A stretch of DNA of 64,000 bases, taken from contig OX597820.1 in assembly GCA_951406725.2 (NCBI GenBank), positions 101,804,001 through 101,868,000 on the forward strand, read 5' to 3'. Made by a program: the position numbers and the translations under genes. Origin of the DNA: Octopus vulgaris. Lineage: Eukaryota. Position 1 is the stretch's first letter. Every line of letters starts with the position of its first letter. Under the pieces are notes generated by a model. That model saw only the letters and a list, made by a program, of their open reading frames with translations. It searched no databases and was not told where the DNA came from. Positions 53,041-63,830 of this stretch are shown here, piece after piece.

Positions 53041-53501
53041 CTAAAAATATAAAATCAGTAAATAAAACCTGCTTGAATCCAAGCTTTTAAATGAGTGCAG
53101 TTGGCTAGTGTATGGTTCATAGTAAGCTATCATACGGAGCTGAAGAAGTGGCAGGTTCTGTTGGGGTGAGAATTAATTTGGAGTGAAAGTCTGAACTTTT
53201 GATAATCCAAGTAACTAAATCCACATACGTCTGAGTAATAGTTGTCAGGTGCGGGGAAAGGGCAGGACAGGACTGCAAAGGGATATACTCAGACAACTAG
53301 AAAAGGAAGAAAAAAGTATGTTGTAACAGCACTTCCTCTAAATTCCCGAGTTTGTTCAAATCAATCCAATATGTGGAAAATTGTCATGAGAGAGGATAAG
53401 AAAATACTAGATGTTGCTGAACTAAAAGGTTAAACATTTAGATGAGAGAAAAAAGCCAATTGCATTAATTCATTGCGCGTGTGCTGATATTTATCTTGTT
53501 A

Positions 53502-53891
53502 TGGAGGCGCAACAGCCCAGTGGTTAGGGCAGTGGACTCGCGGTCATAGGAACACGGTTTTGATTCCCAGACCGGGCGTTGTGAGTGTTTATTGAGCGAA
53601 AACACCTAAAGCTCCACGAGGCTCCGGCAGGGGATGGTGGTGATCCCTGCTGTACTCTTTCACCACAACTTTCTCTCACTCTTACTTCCTGTTTCTGTTG
53701 TACCTGTATTTCAAAGGGCCGACCTTGTCACTTTCTGTGTCACGCTGAATATCCCCAAGAACTACGTTAAGGGTACATGTGTCTGTGGAGTGCTCAGCCA
53801 CTTACACGTTAATTTCACGAGCAGGCTGTTCCGTTGATTCGGATCAACTGGAACCCTCATCGTCATAACCGACAGAGTGCTTCCATCCATC
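53502..53891 (+). mobile_element. Family C tRNA-derived SINE, tail type 1
   Basis: Head ggaggcgcaacagcccagtggttagggcag...gattcccagaccggg; 13-bp TSD atttatcttgtta. Confidence 0.92.
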
Positions 53892-53989
53892 ATTTATCTT
53901 GTTAACCATGATGGAAGACAAAGTTGTTTCCACTGGAATTCAGAGTCAGAACTGAAGCTAAAAACTGAAATGCAAACATAATCTCCTTC

Positions 53990-54340
53990 TTATTCTTATG
54001 TTTCAGTCATTTGATTGTGGCCATGCTGGAGTACTGCCTTGAAGGGTTTTAGTCAAAGAAATCGACCCCAGGACTTAATCTTTGTAAGCATAGTACTTAT
54101 TCTATGGGACTCTTTTGCTGAACTGCTAAGTTACAGGGACATAAACACACCAACATAGGTTGTGAAGCAATGGCAGGGGTACGAACACACACAATTGCAT
54201 ACATATATACGACGGGCTTCTTTCAGTTTCCATCTACCAAATCCACTGACACAGGCATTGGTTGGCCCAAGGTGTCACACAGTAGGACTGATCTCTGAAC
54301 CATGTGATTGGGAAGTAAGCCTCTTACCACAGAGCCATGG
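53990..54340 (-). mobile_element. Family A SINE
   Basis: Tail-to-head motifs on the minus strand. Confidence 0.85.
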
Positions 54341-54585
54341 CTTTCTTTAAAATAAAATTTAAAAATTAAGAAAAAGCTATCTTTTAGTTGTTTCAGTTAT
54401 TGACTCTGGCCATGGTGGGGCATTGCCTTGAAGAGTTTAACCAAACAAATCAAGTCCAGTACTGATTCTACCTGTTTCTTTTTGCTGAATCACTAAGCTA
54501 TGGAGATGTAAACAAACCAACATCAGTTGTCAAGTGGTGGGATTGGGGTGGGAGACAAACACATTATATATATATATATATATAT

Positions 54586-55148
54586 ATATTTTTTACATAC
54601 AAAATTTAAAGGATTGACCACTAAAAGTGAACAGTTAATATGCAAGATATAGACGTCATAATTTATTAACTGCAGGGTAGATTTCCGATCCCAGCGCGCC
54701 AAAGTGAAGGCATTTGAAAGATACACATAAATATAATTTGTTGAACTCTATGCATGCAGGACTCCGGTCAAGTGTTATGCATCTAGTTCTGGAAATTATG
54801 TTTGTAAACGACAGACTATGCTGATGATCTTGCTGATTTTTGTGTATGCATATACGTGAATATTAACAAGTGAAACTGATCAGTACATAGGTAATCGTTT
54901 TTATTTCATATATTTTCATTTGTCTTGCTTATTTTTTGCACTTTGGTTTTGTGCTGAGTTTTTTCTTGAGAACACATTCTTCATGAAAAATAGCGATTCT
55001 GACGTCTATATCTAGCATATTGACTGTTCACTTTTAGTGGTCAGTCCTTTAAATTTTGTATGAAAAAATATTTTAATCTTCGGATCTTTTTAATATGCAA
55101 GGCCACTTGTTTTAATTGATTAATATCAATTTCTACCCTTATTCAATT
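54586..55148 (+). mobile_element. (TA)n-embedded Penelope pLTR-like insertion with inverted 5' segment and hammerhead
   Basis: Arms 54586-54662 and 54996-55071 are reverse complements; hammerhead lies between them; asymmetric 3' tail; TA repeats on both sides. Confidence 0.72.
54816..54890 (+). ncRNA. Type I hammerhead ribozyme motif
   Basis: ctatg-CTGATGA-[long stem II cttgctgat...attaacaag]-GAAA-ctgatcag-TA^-catag; stem I ctatg/catag; stem III ACTGATCAGT is a perfect palindrome; GUA triplet ends at 54885. Confidence 0.82.
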
Positions 55149-56391
55149 ATATATATATGTGACAGGCTTCTTTCAGCTTCTGTCTACCAAATCCACTCAC
55201 AATGCTTTGGTCGGCCTATGTACATATAGAAAACACATGCCCAAGATGCCACACAGTGAGAATGAACCAAGGACCATGAGGCTGGGAACCAAACTTCTTA
55301 CCGCACAGCCATGCCTGCACCTAGATAAAATATTTTAGGAAGATGAGGTACACAGTCACTAAATGTTAAAATAAACCTTATCACCATATTTATAGCCAAA
55401 TGCTTTTATGCTTCATATTTTCTCTGGTACATACTAAACAACTGCTTTTTTTTTCTATTCAAATTCCTTTTTTTCCTCCCAGTCGTAAAGAAATATACTT
55501 ACATAAAGATACTACCAAAATCTACACTGCTGAATATATTTTTATCTCCATTTCATAACTAAATATTTTTTCAAATTCATAACTACAAAAAAACCCAAAA
55601 AAAAACCCCAAAACAAAACAAAAAAAAACTCATTACAGGTTGATGAAAAAAATAAATGTCTGTCACTTCTCTTTCAACAATTTCGTCAATATAGCATGTG
55701 TGTGTGTGTGTGTGTGTACATATGCATACACATCATCTGCCTTGAATCTAATTTTGTCCATTTTTTTTTCTGTAAAACTCTTCTCTGATCTAACTTTATT
55801 TTTCTGTTGCAAGTTAGTGTTTAATATAATGTGAGCATGTTGATGTTTGCAGAGGAAATAATGTGAGAAAATAAAAAAGTTTGCTAAGTTAATAATTTTT
55901 CGTACCATGGAAAAACCAGTATAACAGTAAAGGTATCATTTTTTTTCTTTTACAACTAATTTTTGCAAGACTAGTTTTTATTATAAAACTGAATTTAGTC
56001 TAATCAATATTCTTCAGAAAAACTTGAAGATGGTTGAATTGATAATGGTATCAAAATGTTTACATCTTGTTACAAGTATAATACTGAGTCTGTGGTCAAT
56101 ATGCTCTATTCTTGCTGGTCTTCGTCTCCAAGAGAAGACATAGCTTAAGAACAAATAACAGAAGAGAAGATTTGATTTACATTTCTGAGATGAAGACCTC
56201 CTGTAGATCAGGATATATAGGTAGATAGATAGAGAGAGAGACAGAGAGAGAGAAAGGGATACACTTCAGTGTATTCTCTCCTACTGCACCACTTATCTTT
56301 CTTTTATTTTATTTGCTTCAGTCAGTGGATTGCAGTTACACCTACTTCTCATATGTCTAATTTTCTTTTTTAACTATTGTCTCTTTTCTTT

Positions 56392-56639
56392 TGTTATGTC
56401 TAGAGAGAGTTAATTCCGGCGGGAAATAACATCACTAGGTGAGACAAGCTGACACTGAATCAGCGTTGCTAACACTGAATCAGCGTTGCTGACACTGAAT
56501 CAGCGTTGCTGACACTGAATCAGCGTTGCTGACACTGAATCAGCGTCGCTGACTGACAGGAGACGGTCGTTTAGAGAATGTGCGGGCTAAGACTACGTGC
56601 CTTCACTAGTCAGTTAAGGTGAGACAGTGTCACATGACA
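56392..56639. mobile_element. Solo-LTR-like CpG-rich element
   Basis: Termini TGTTATGT...ACATGACA (TG..CA, short inverted repeat); no clean TSD. Confidence 0.45.
56448..56553. repeat. 20-bp minisatellite, 5.3 copies, each unit self-complementary
   Basis: (gctgacactgaatcagcgtt)x5 with GCTGA..TCAGC stem in each unit. Confidence 0.95.
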
Positions 56640-56826
56640 ACTTGCTGGAACAACAAAAAAGAACTACACAAAGCATACTGTTCACTATAGCAACACCAGT
56701 CTGTGCATGTCACCTCCCTCCTTTGCACCCCCACCACATCTGAGCAATGACCTTTTCTGCTATTTCCATATGTCCTGAAAAAGGGGTTTTCACTCTGGAA
56801 TACAGACATACAAAGTAAAACTGCAT

Positions 56827-56827
<1 letters not shown>

Positions 56828-56859
<32 letters not shown>

Positions 56860-57080
56860 ATGTCCGTTGTCCATGCTGGCAAGCTGGAAGGCTGCACCAA
56901 GCTTCAGTCTGTTTTGGCATGGTTTCTAGGGCTGGATGCCCTTCCTAACGCCAACCACTCCAAGAGTGTAATGGGTTCTTTTATGTGCCATTTGCACGAC
57001 ACCAGTATCTGCGATGACCGCAGTCTTACTTGGTTTGATGGGTCTTCTTCTCAAGCAGAGCATCATGCCAAATGGACTCA
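56828..57080 (-). mobile_element. RTE-type 3' UTR fragment
   Basis: (CAT)n tail and gctggatgcccttcctaacgccaaccac motif. Confidence 0.75.
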
Positions 57081-57449
57081 GTTGTTGCCTCATTTATTTA
57101 TTCTCATTTTGAAGCCTGTTGTTATTGTTGATGTTGCTTTTATTACTACTGACACAGTTGTGATACTGGGTAAAAAGTAATTTATCTTAATCCTTTAGGA
57201 TTTAAACTGGCCACATCCGGCCCAAATATACCTCCTGTTTTATGTTTGAAGTGGCCAGATCTAGTCTCTCACACTTACCCTACAATGTCATTCTAAATAT
57301 AGACAATAACATCATAAAAATCCCAAATCTATGAGATAACACATGACTTGTTCAAAATAGTATGAATAAATAAGCTTTACATTCGTCAGAGTAATTTGAA
57401 TGTTAAATGGTTATTATTAAATTAAGACACCTTTTAAAAGTTAATATTT

Positions 57450-57845
57450 AGGCACAGACATGACTGTGTGATGAGAAGACTACTTCCCAACCACATAGGT
57501 TAGGGTTCAGTCCCACTGCACTGCACCTTGGGCAAGTGTCTTCTACTATGGCCTTGGGCTGACCAGAGCCTTCTTCTGAGTGTATTTGGTAGACGGAAAC
57601 AGAAAGAAGCCTGTTGTACGTGTGTGCATCTTTGTGTTTGTCCTCCATCACTGCTTGAGAACTGATGTTGGTATGTTTATATCCTCAATCTCCGTAACTT
57701 AGCAGTTCAACAAAAGAGACTGACAGAGTAAGTATCAGGACTTAAAGAAAATAAAAAAAGTGCTGGGGTTGACACATCCAACTAAAATTCTTCAAAGCAG
57801 TGGCCCAGCGTACTGCAGTCTAATGACTGAAACAGGGTAAAAGAT
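57450..57845 (+). mobile_element. Diverged family A SINE
   Basis: ggttcagtcccactgc...ccttgggcaagtgtcttctact...gactgaaac. Confidence 0.82.
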
Positions 57846-58697
57846 TTAAACAAAAGACAAAGGCTAAAAAATTACTGGTACAAATGCATCTTTTACTCCT
57901 CTCCACTGCACTCTTTGTCCTCAGTTCTCATATTTCCTGCTAACCCCCAGTGGATGATACCATACATTTTTGAGGAGAACTATTGTAAGCTGTGTGAGAA
58001 CAACAGAATTAGTTTATATTTCTCCAGTCAAGGCCTTCTATGGATCAGATGAGAGAGAGAGTAAATGAGATCCATTTTAGTATGTTCTGTATTGGTTATC
58101 TTGAAGATCCACCATCAACAATCAGAAATATTAGCTGTTTTAGATTATTTACAATTGACGGATATTGTAAATAATTCCTCATCTCTTAAATATAGAACTG
58201 TATTAGATTTTTTTATGATGATCTTACAGGCATATGGATACAGATTTAAATAATATTTCATTACCCTATTTTCTGGCATACAAATCATAGTATATAGTGT
58301 AAACATGTGGTGCAAACATTTAAACATCTTCACTCTCTTTCCAAATCCTGCTGTATTCCACATAGAATTTTTGATCCTCCAAAACTGTCTTGCTGTACAA
58401 GTCGACCTACCTTTCCTTGGCTGCAAATTTTGATCTGAAAAAGTCGACTTGTTTACCAGAAAATATGATTGATATTATATCATTTCTTTCACATTTTTTA
58501 AAGAATTTCTCTGTTCAGCAAAAATTTTTGACAATACAGAATTAAAAAAAACTATACAGATTAATTTCTAATAAATTCAATGAAAGAATTTCCAAAAGAA
58601 AAAAAGAAAAGAAGCTTTAACAAATATATGAGTAAAATAATAACTAAAATCTAAGATCTACAGAAATGAGTGGTCTTAGATCTATCTACTGTCTTAC

Positions 58698-58799
58698 CAA
58701 GGACATGAGCAAAGAAATAGAGGATGCTGGTGATAAGGGCTGTCTTGATCACATCTCGATCAATAGCATGAAGTGTACTCCAGAAAAGCCAGGATAAAC
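58698..58799 (-). CDS. TP53I11: TP53I11-like internal coding exon (102 nt, phase 1 to 1)
   Basis: Acceptor atttattttatag and donor G|gtaaga. Encodes (S)LSWLFWSTLHAIDRDVIKTALITSILYFFAHVL(V), colinear without gaps with recalled human [35 protein letters not shown]. In phase with both neighbours. Confidence 0.9.
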
Positions 58800-59463
58800 C
58801 TATAAAATAAATAAATAAAAGGGATATACAGCAGGAAATTTTCCAAAAAAATTAACAAGGAAAAATTATTAAAGTAATCACAATGAAAAGACTTTATCAC
58901 CAAACTTTATACAATATCAGTTTACTCCAGAACAGAATTACCTTAATAATGATGCATTTTTCTATAGGCTCAAGACCTGAAATTTTGAGGGAGTGGGGTC
59001 CAGTTGATTACAATAACCCCTATCACTGCTCAACTGGTCCTTATTTTATTGATCTTGAAAAAATGAAAGGTAAAGATGACCTCAGTGGAATATTGATAAT
59101 AAGTATTTCTACTCCAAGCACAAATTAACTTTTGTAAGGCAAAATCTTATTGTATAGGCAGTAATTCTTGTTTATTGTGTACTAATGAATTTAAGGAAAT
59201 ATTATTTAATAATAATTATATATTGGTTAATTTCTTTGATGAGCATATAATTAAATGCAAACATAAATTACATTACTTAAATTTAGCTAATTTTTCCGTA
59301 AATATAAAACCCTATTTTATGTTACTAATTTATTGTAGATATAATTTATTGTAGTATTAGTGTATAAATTAGCATGATATTATATGTTATATTACATTAT
59401 TAGAATACATTTAAACTTGGATGTTTCTTAATAAATAAATGAATATATAATTTAATGAATATC

Positions 59464-59694
59464 TATTTCTTTACTACCCACAAGGGGCTAAACACAGAGA
59501 GGACAAACAAAGACAGACAAACGGATTAAGTTGATTATATTGACCCCAGTGTGTAACTGGTACTTATTTAATCGGCCCCAAAATGATGAAAGGCAAAGTC
59601 GACCTCAGCGGAATTTGAACTCAGAATGTAACGGCAGACGAAATACCGCTAAGCATTTCGCCCGGCGTGCTAACGATTCTGCCAGCTTGCTGCC
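59464..59694 (-). mobile_element. Family B SINE, full length, young
   Basis: CpG-rich copy flanked by a long TSD taatttaatgaatatctatt. Confidence 0.92.
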
Positions 59695-60220
59695 TTAATT
59701 TAATGAATATCTATTAATTGTAGTGATACAAATTAATTCAACTATATTATCTATATTTTATGTATTTTAGTATTAATTATTTGGACTTTTAAATCTTCAA
59801 GCAATTAGTAATTTATAGTTTTGTTTTTTGTTCTCATAATTCTCTGATTCTAGAAGCTTAAATACCTTTCATTATTTTCATTAATATAATACATAATTCT
59901 ATATATTTATTCTATTCTTTTTATTTATGCAATGTCTTCACATGTTTAATTTTTTATAAAAATGTTTTTACATGTAAAATTCAGTTAAAAAATTTTCTTA
60001 GATAAGATAAGTAATGCATTTCTTTTATCACAATATTATTGAATTTTGAATTGAATTTTGTTTGATTATTCTTGCAAAAATATTGATTCCTATATTGTTA
60101 TTTGATAATTATAAGTTACGATACGTAAATTTTTTTACTTATTATTGTTATTATCGTTTGAATTAACATATTACATATAGCTTCATTTAATGTATATTAA
60201 ATGGTTGATCACAGTGATAT

Positions 60221-60306
<86 letters not shown>

Positions 60307-60311
<5 letters not shown>

Positions 60312-60609
60312 CGTGACCAACCAGGCTATCAGATGTTGCTACACATCGCTGGTCACAATGCACTTCACATTGTTTTTAGCCTTCAAATGATGCCACCCCG
60401 CTGGCTAAGCGAGCAGGCTAACAGAAGCAAGAGTGGGAGAAAGTTGTGGCAAAAAAGTACAGCAGGGTTTGCCACCACCCCTTGCTGGAGCCTCGTGAGG
60501 CTTTAGGTGTTTTCACTCAATAAACACTCACAACGCCCTGTCTGGGAATCGAAACCGCGATGCTACGACGGCGAGTCCGCTGCCCTAACCACTGGGCCAT
60601 TGCGCCTCC
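60307..60609 (-). mobile_element. Family C SINE, tail type 2, inserted in (TA)n
   Basis: Head ggaggcgcaatggcccagtggttagggcagcggactcgc; tail ...gatagcctggttggtcacggtga(ta)n. Confidence 0.92.
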
Positions 60610-60777
60610 ACATATATATATATGAATTACTTGTATTTTAATTTTCCAGTAATGATATACTGGTTTAAATGCTAAAGGGTTTAATATGATAAAGATGATG
60701 ATGTTGGTACAAGGCCAGATGTTTAGCAAATGTGAAAGCAGTAAACCTGTATTATCAGTATGAGTGAACCTCTAGAA

Positions 60778-60996
60778 CAGTGCTTTCCAAACTTTTTGCT
60801 GGGGTGGAACCCCAAGAAAACATTCCACTGGCTCGAGGAACCCCTGTGCAATAATTTAATAGTTTTATGCACACATATCTGCACAGGAGAATTAAAAATT
60901 ACTGCCAATTTTAGCAGTTTTGTAACTTCTTGCGGAACCCCTGGACTGTACTGGCGGAACCCTAAGGTTCCGCGGAACCCTGGTTGAAAACCACTG
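60778..60996. mobile_element. hAT (Charlie-like) MITE
   Basis: TIRs cagtgctttccaa / ttgaaaaccactg, perfect 8-bp TSD ctctagaa, five ggaaccc subterminal repeats. Confidence 0.92.
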
Positions 60997-61211
60997 CTCT
61001 AGAATAATACTGATTGTACAGTGGAATGGAAAAAATTTCTCTTAGGGTTATCATTGCACTATGTTAAAACATGACAATTTAAGAAAACCCTCTTTTATCA
61101 TAGGCTACTTGACAAGATGTGACCTTGGTTGAGCAATGATTGAGTATCTGAAATCATTTACTTAAAATTTTTTAGCCTCTAAATGAATAAGAAATAATAA
61201 TAATAATAACG

Positions 61212-61851
61212 ATGGCTTCAAATTTTGGCACAAGGCCAGCAAGTTTGGGGAATTGGCTAAGTTGATTAAAATTGCCCCAGTGTTCAACTGGTACTTATCA
61301 ACCCCAAAAGGATGAAATGCAAAGTTGACTCTGGTGGAATTTGCTCTCAGAATGAAAAGATGGATGAAATACTGCTGAACATGACGCACAGCATACTGAC
61401 AATTCTGCCAGTTCACCACCTTAATACTGGTTTCAAATTTTGGAACAAGGGCAGTAGTGTTAGGGGAGGGGGAAAGTCAACTGCATCAACCCCAGTGTTT
61501 AACTGGTATTTTATTTATCGTCCCCAAAAGGATGAAAGGCAAAGTTGACCTCAATGGAATCTGAACTTAGAACATGAAGACGGACAAAATGCCACTAAAA
61601 ATTTCTGCCAGCTTGCTGCCTTTAATAATAATAATTCTTTCTACTATAAGCACAAGACCTGAAATTTGGGGGAGGGAGCTCATCAACCTCAGCAGAATAT
61701 TAATATTAATAATAATCCTTTCTACTAAAGACACAAGGCCAGAAATTTCAAGGGAGGAGACTAGTCGATTACAATGACCCCACTGTTCAACTGGTACTTA
61801 ATTTATTGACCCCGAAAGGATGAAAAATGAAGTTGACCTTGACTCAGAACA
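61212..61851 (-). mobile_element. Chain of about four family B SINE copies separated by (AAT)n
   Basis: Same unit and spacer pattern as the 28.4-32.7 kb chain. Confidence 0.82.
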
Positions 61852-61859
61852 TAATAATA

Positions 61860-62141
61860 ATCATCATCATCATCATCGTTTAGCATCCGCTTTCCATGCT
61901 GGCATGGGTTGGACGGTGCAACTGGGGTCTGGGAAGCCAGAAGGCTGAACCAGGCCCAGTCTGATCTGGCAATGTTTCTATGGCTGGATGCCCTTCCTAA
62001 CGCCAACCACTCCATGAGTGTAGTGGGTGCTTTTTATGTGCCACCGGCACAGGTGCCAGACGAAGCTGGCAAACGGCCACGATCGGAAGGTGCTTTTTAC
62101 ATGCCACCGGCACTGAGGCCAGGCGAGGCTGGCAACGGCCC
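61860..62141 (-). mobile_element. RTE-type 3' UTR fragment
   Basis: (CAT)n-cgtttagcatccgctttccatgctggcatgggttggacgg and the tandem gccaccggcac..ctggcaacggcc repeat. Confidence 0.8.
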
Positions 62142-62350
62142 ACAATAATAATAATAATAAGCTCCTACAGAAAGTTAATCTCCTAGGGACTGCAAGGATT
62201 ATCATGAGGGTCCTAAGCATTTGAAAGACAACTGAAAACTTGTGGATACTTTAACGTTATAGGTAGTAACCTGCTACCCACATAAATCCTATCAGGAATA
62301 AGACTGAACTTGAGCCAGACCATAATAAAATAATATTAATAATAAACAGA

Positions 62351-62746
62351 GGCACATATGTGTGGTAAGTAGCTTGCTTACCAACCACATCGTTCCGGGT
62401 TCAGTCCCACTGCGTGGCACTTTGGGAAAGTGTCTGTTACTATAGCCTCGGGCTGACCAAAGCCTTGTGAGTGGATTTGGTAGATGGAAACTGAAAGAAG
62501 CCTGTCGTATATGTATATATATATATATATATGTCTGTGTTTGTCCTCCCAACATCGCTTGACAACCGATGCTGTTGTGCTTACATCCCCGTAACTTAGT
62601 GGTTCAGCAAAAGAGACTGATAGAATAAGTACTAGGCTTACAAAGAATAAGTCCCGGGGTCGATTTGCTCAACTAAAGGCGGTGCTCCAGCGTGGCCGCA
62701 GTCAAAATGGCTGAAACAAGTAAGCAAAAGAGTAAAGAATAAAGAG
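62351..62746 (+). mobile_element. Family A SINE abutting the TP53I11 splice donor
   Basis: Full-length copy; probable TSD aataaa(c/g)ag at 62341-62349 and 62738-62746. Confidence 0.9.
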
Positions 62747-62753
62747 TGCTTAC

Positions 62754-62853
62754 TTAGTAAAGCTGCGCCATAAAACCTCACAGGGAGAGTGAGACATTGT
62801 CCTTCAACTGCTTCGAAAGCTGTTTCATACAAGTGTTGAGGGAATACCAAAGC
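62754..62853 (-). CDS. TP53I11: TP53I11 (tumor protein p53-inducible protein 11, PIG11)-like, internal coding exon (100 nt, phase 0 to 1)
   Basis: Acceptor tttttatttttccag and donor A|gtaagc. Encodes ALVFPQHLYETAFEAVEGQCLTLPVRFYGAALL(S), matching recalled human [33 protein letters not shown]. Confidence 0.9.
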
Positions 62854-63186
62854 CTGGAAAAATAAAAAGTCAAAATCATTAAGTCTCAATCAAATAAACA
62901 ATTTCAATAATAGGTATGATGATTTATGATATTCATTCCAAAATTCACAAATTTTTTTGTTGGGAGGGAACAGTCAAGTAATATTGGCCACAGTCATTTA
63001 TGCTATCAAACCTGGAAGGACAATGAGTGATGTCAACCTTGGAAGGATTTGAACTAAGGACACAGAGATATATCTGAATAGCACAAATTTGTGCATTGCA
63101 TTACTGGTTCTAGCATTCGAATAATAATAATAATAACAACAAAGGCTCCCCCCCAAAAAAAAAACAATACAGTTATACAATGCACT

Positions 63187-63504
63187 GGAGGTGCAATGGC
63201 CCAGTGGTTAGGGCAGTGGACTTGCGGTCGGAGGATTGCGGTTTCGATTCCCAGACTGGGCGTTGTGCGTATGCTTATTGAGCAAAAACACCTAAATCTC
63301 CACGAGTGTCCGGCAGGGGGTGGTGGCGACCCCTGTTGTACTCTTTCACCCCAACTTTCTCTCACTCTTTCTTCCTGTTTCTTGAGTAAGGCTGCGATGG
63401 ACTGGTGTCCCGTCCAGCTGGAGGGAACACATACGCCACAGAAATCGGGAAACCGGGCCCATGAGCCTAGCTAAGCTTGAAAAGGGCATATAAATAAATA
63501 AAAA
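63187..63504 (+). mobile_element. Family C SINE, tail type 3
   Basis: Same head as 53502 and 60609; 12-bp TSD atacaatgcact. Confidence 0.92.
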
Positions 63505-63574
63505 ATACAATGCACTATGATGTAATGCTTGTAAAATTAAGATATTTGTAATTGAAATTAAGATATACACTGCA

Positions 63575-63790
63575 GGCATTGAGCTGGCAGAATCATTAGC
63601 ATGACTGACAAAATGCTTAGTGGCATCTCACCTGTCTTTACATTCTGAGTTCAAATTATGCCAAGGTCAATTTTGCCTTTCATCTTTTGAGGGTCAATAA
63701 AGTAAGTACTAGTTGAACACTGGGGTTAATGTAATTAACTTATCCCCTCCCCTGAAATTGCTAACTTTGCACCAAAATTTGAAATCAATA
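63575..63790 (+). mobile_element. Family B SINE, diverged
   Basis: gagctggcagaatcattagc...gagttcaaat...ccaaaatttgaaa. Confidence 0.8.
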
Positions 63791-63830
63791 TTACATTCAC
63801 TGCAATAATAATTACTTCTAGAGTTTAGGC

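Larger units (their letters stand above)
54380..55322 (-). mobile_element. Family A SINE whose internal (TA)n hosts a Penelope-like insertion
   Basis: SINE 3' half at 54380-54563 and 5' half at 55160-55322. Confidence 0.8.

Noticed and set aside
56064-56200. Possible minus-strand exons 56064-56143 and 56181-56200
   Set aside because: Weak gtaaac/gtaaat donors; in the required phase 1 they cause a stop (AMSSLGDEDQQE*) or a frameshift, and the flanking conserved exons already join in frame.
56448-56553. CRISPR-like palindromic repeat array
   Set aside because: Units are contiguous with no unique spacers, there are no cas genes, and the context is a eukaryotic intron.
58145-58426. 93-aa minus-strand ORF next to a TP53I11 exon
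   Set aside because: No recognisable protein features; only the 24-nt micro-exon part is kept as a hypothesis.
60535-60609. tRNA-like sequences at SINE heads (also 53503, 63187, 31290-31360)
   Set aside because: A and B boxes continue directly into SINE bodies, most with TSDs; these are not stand-alone tRNA genes.
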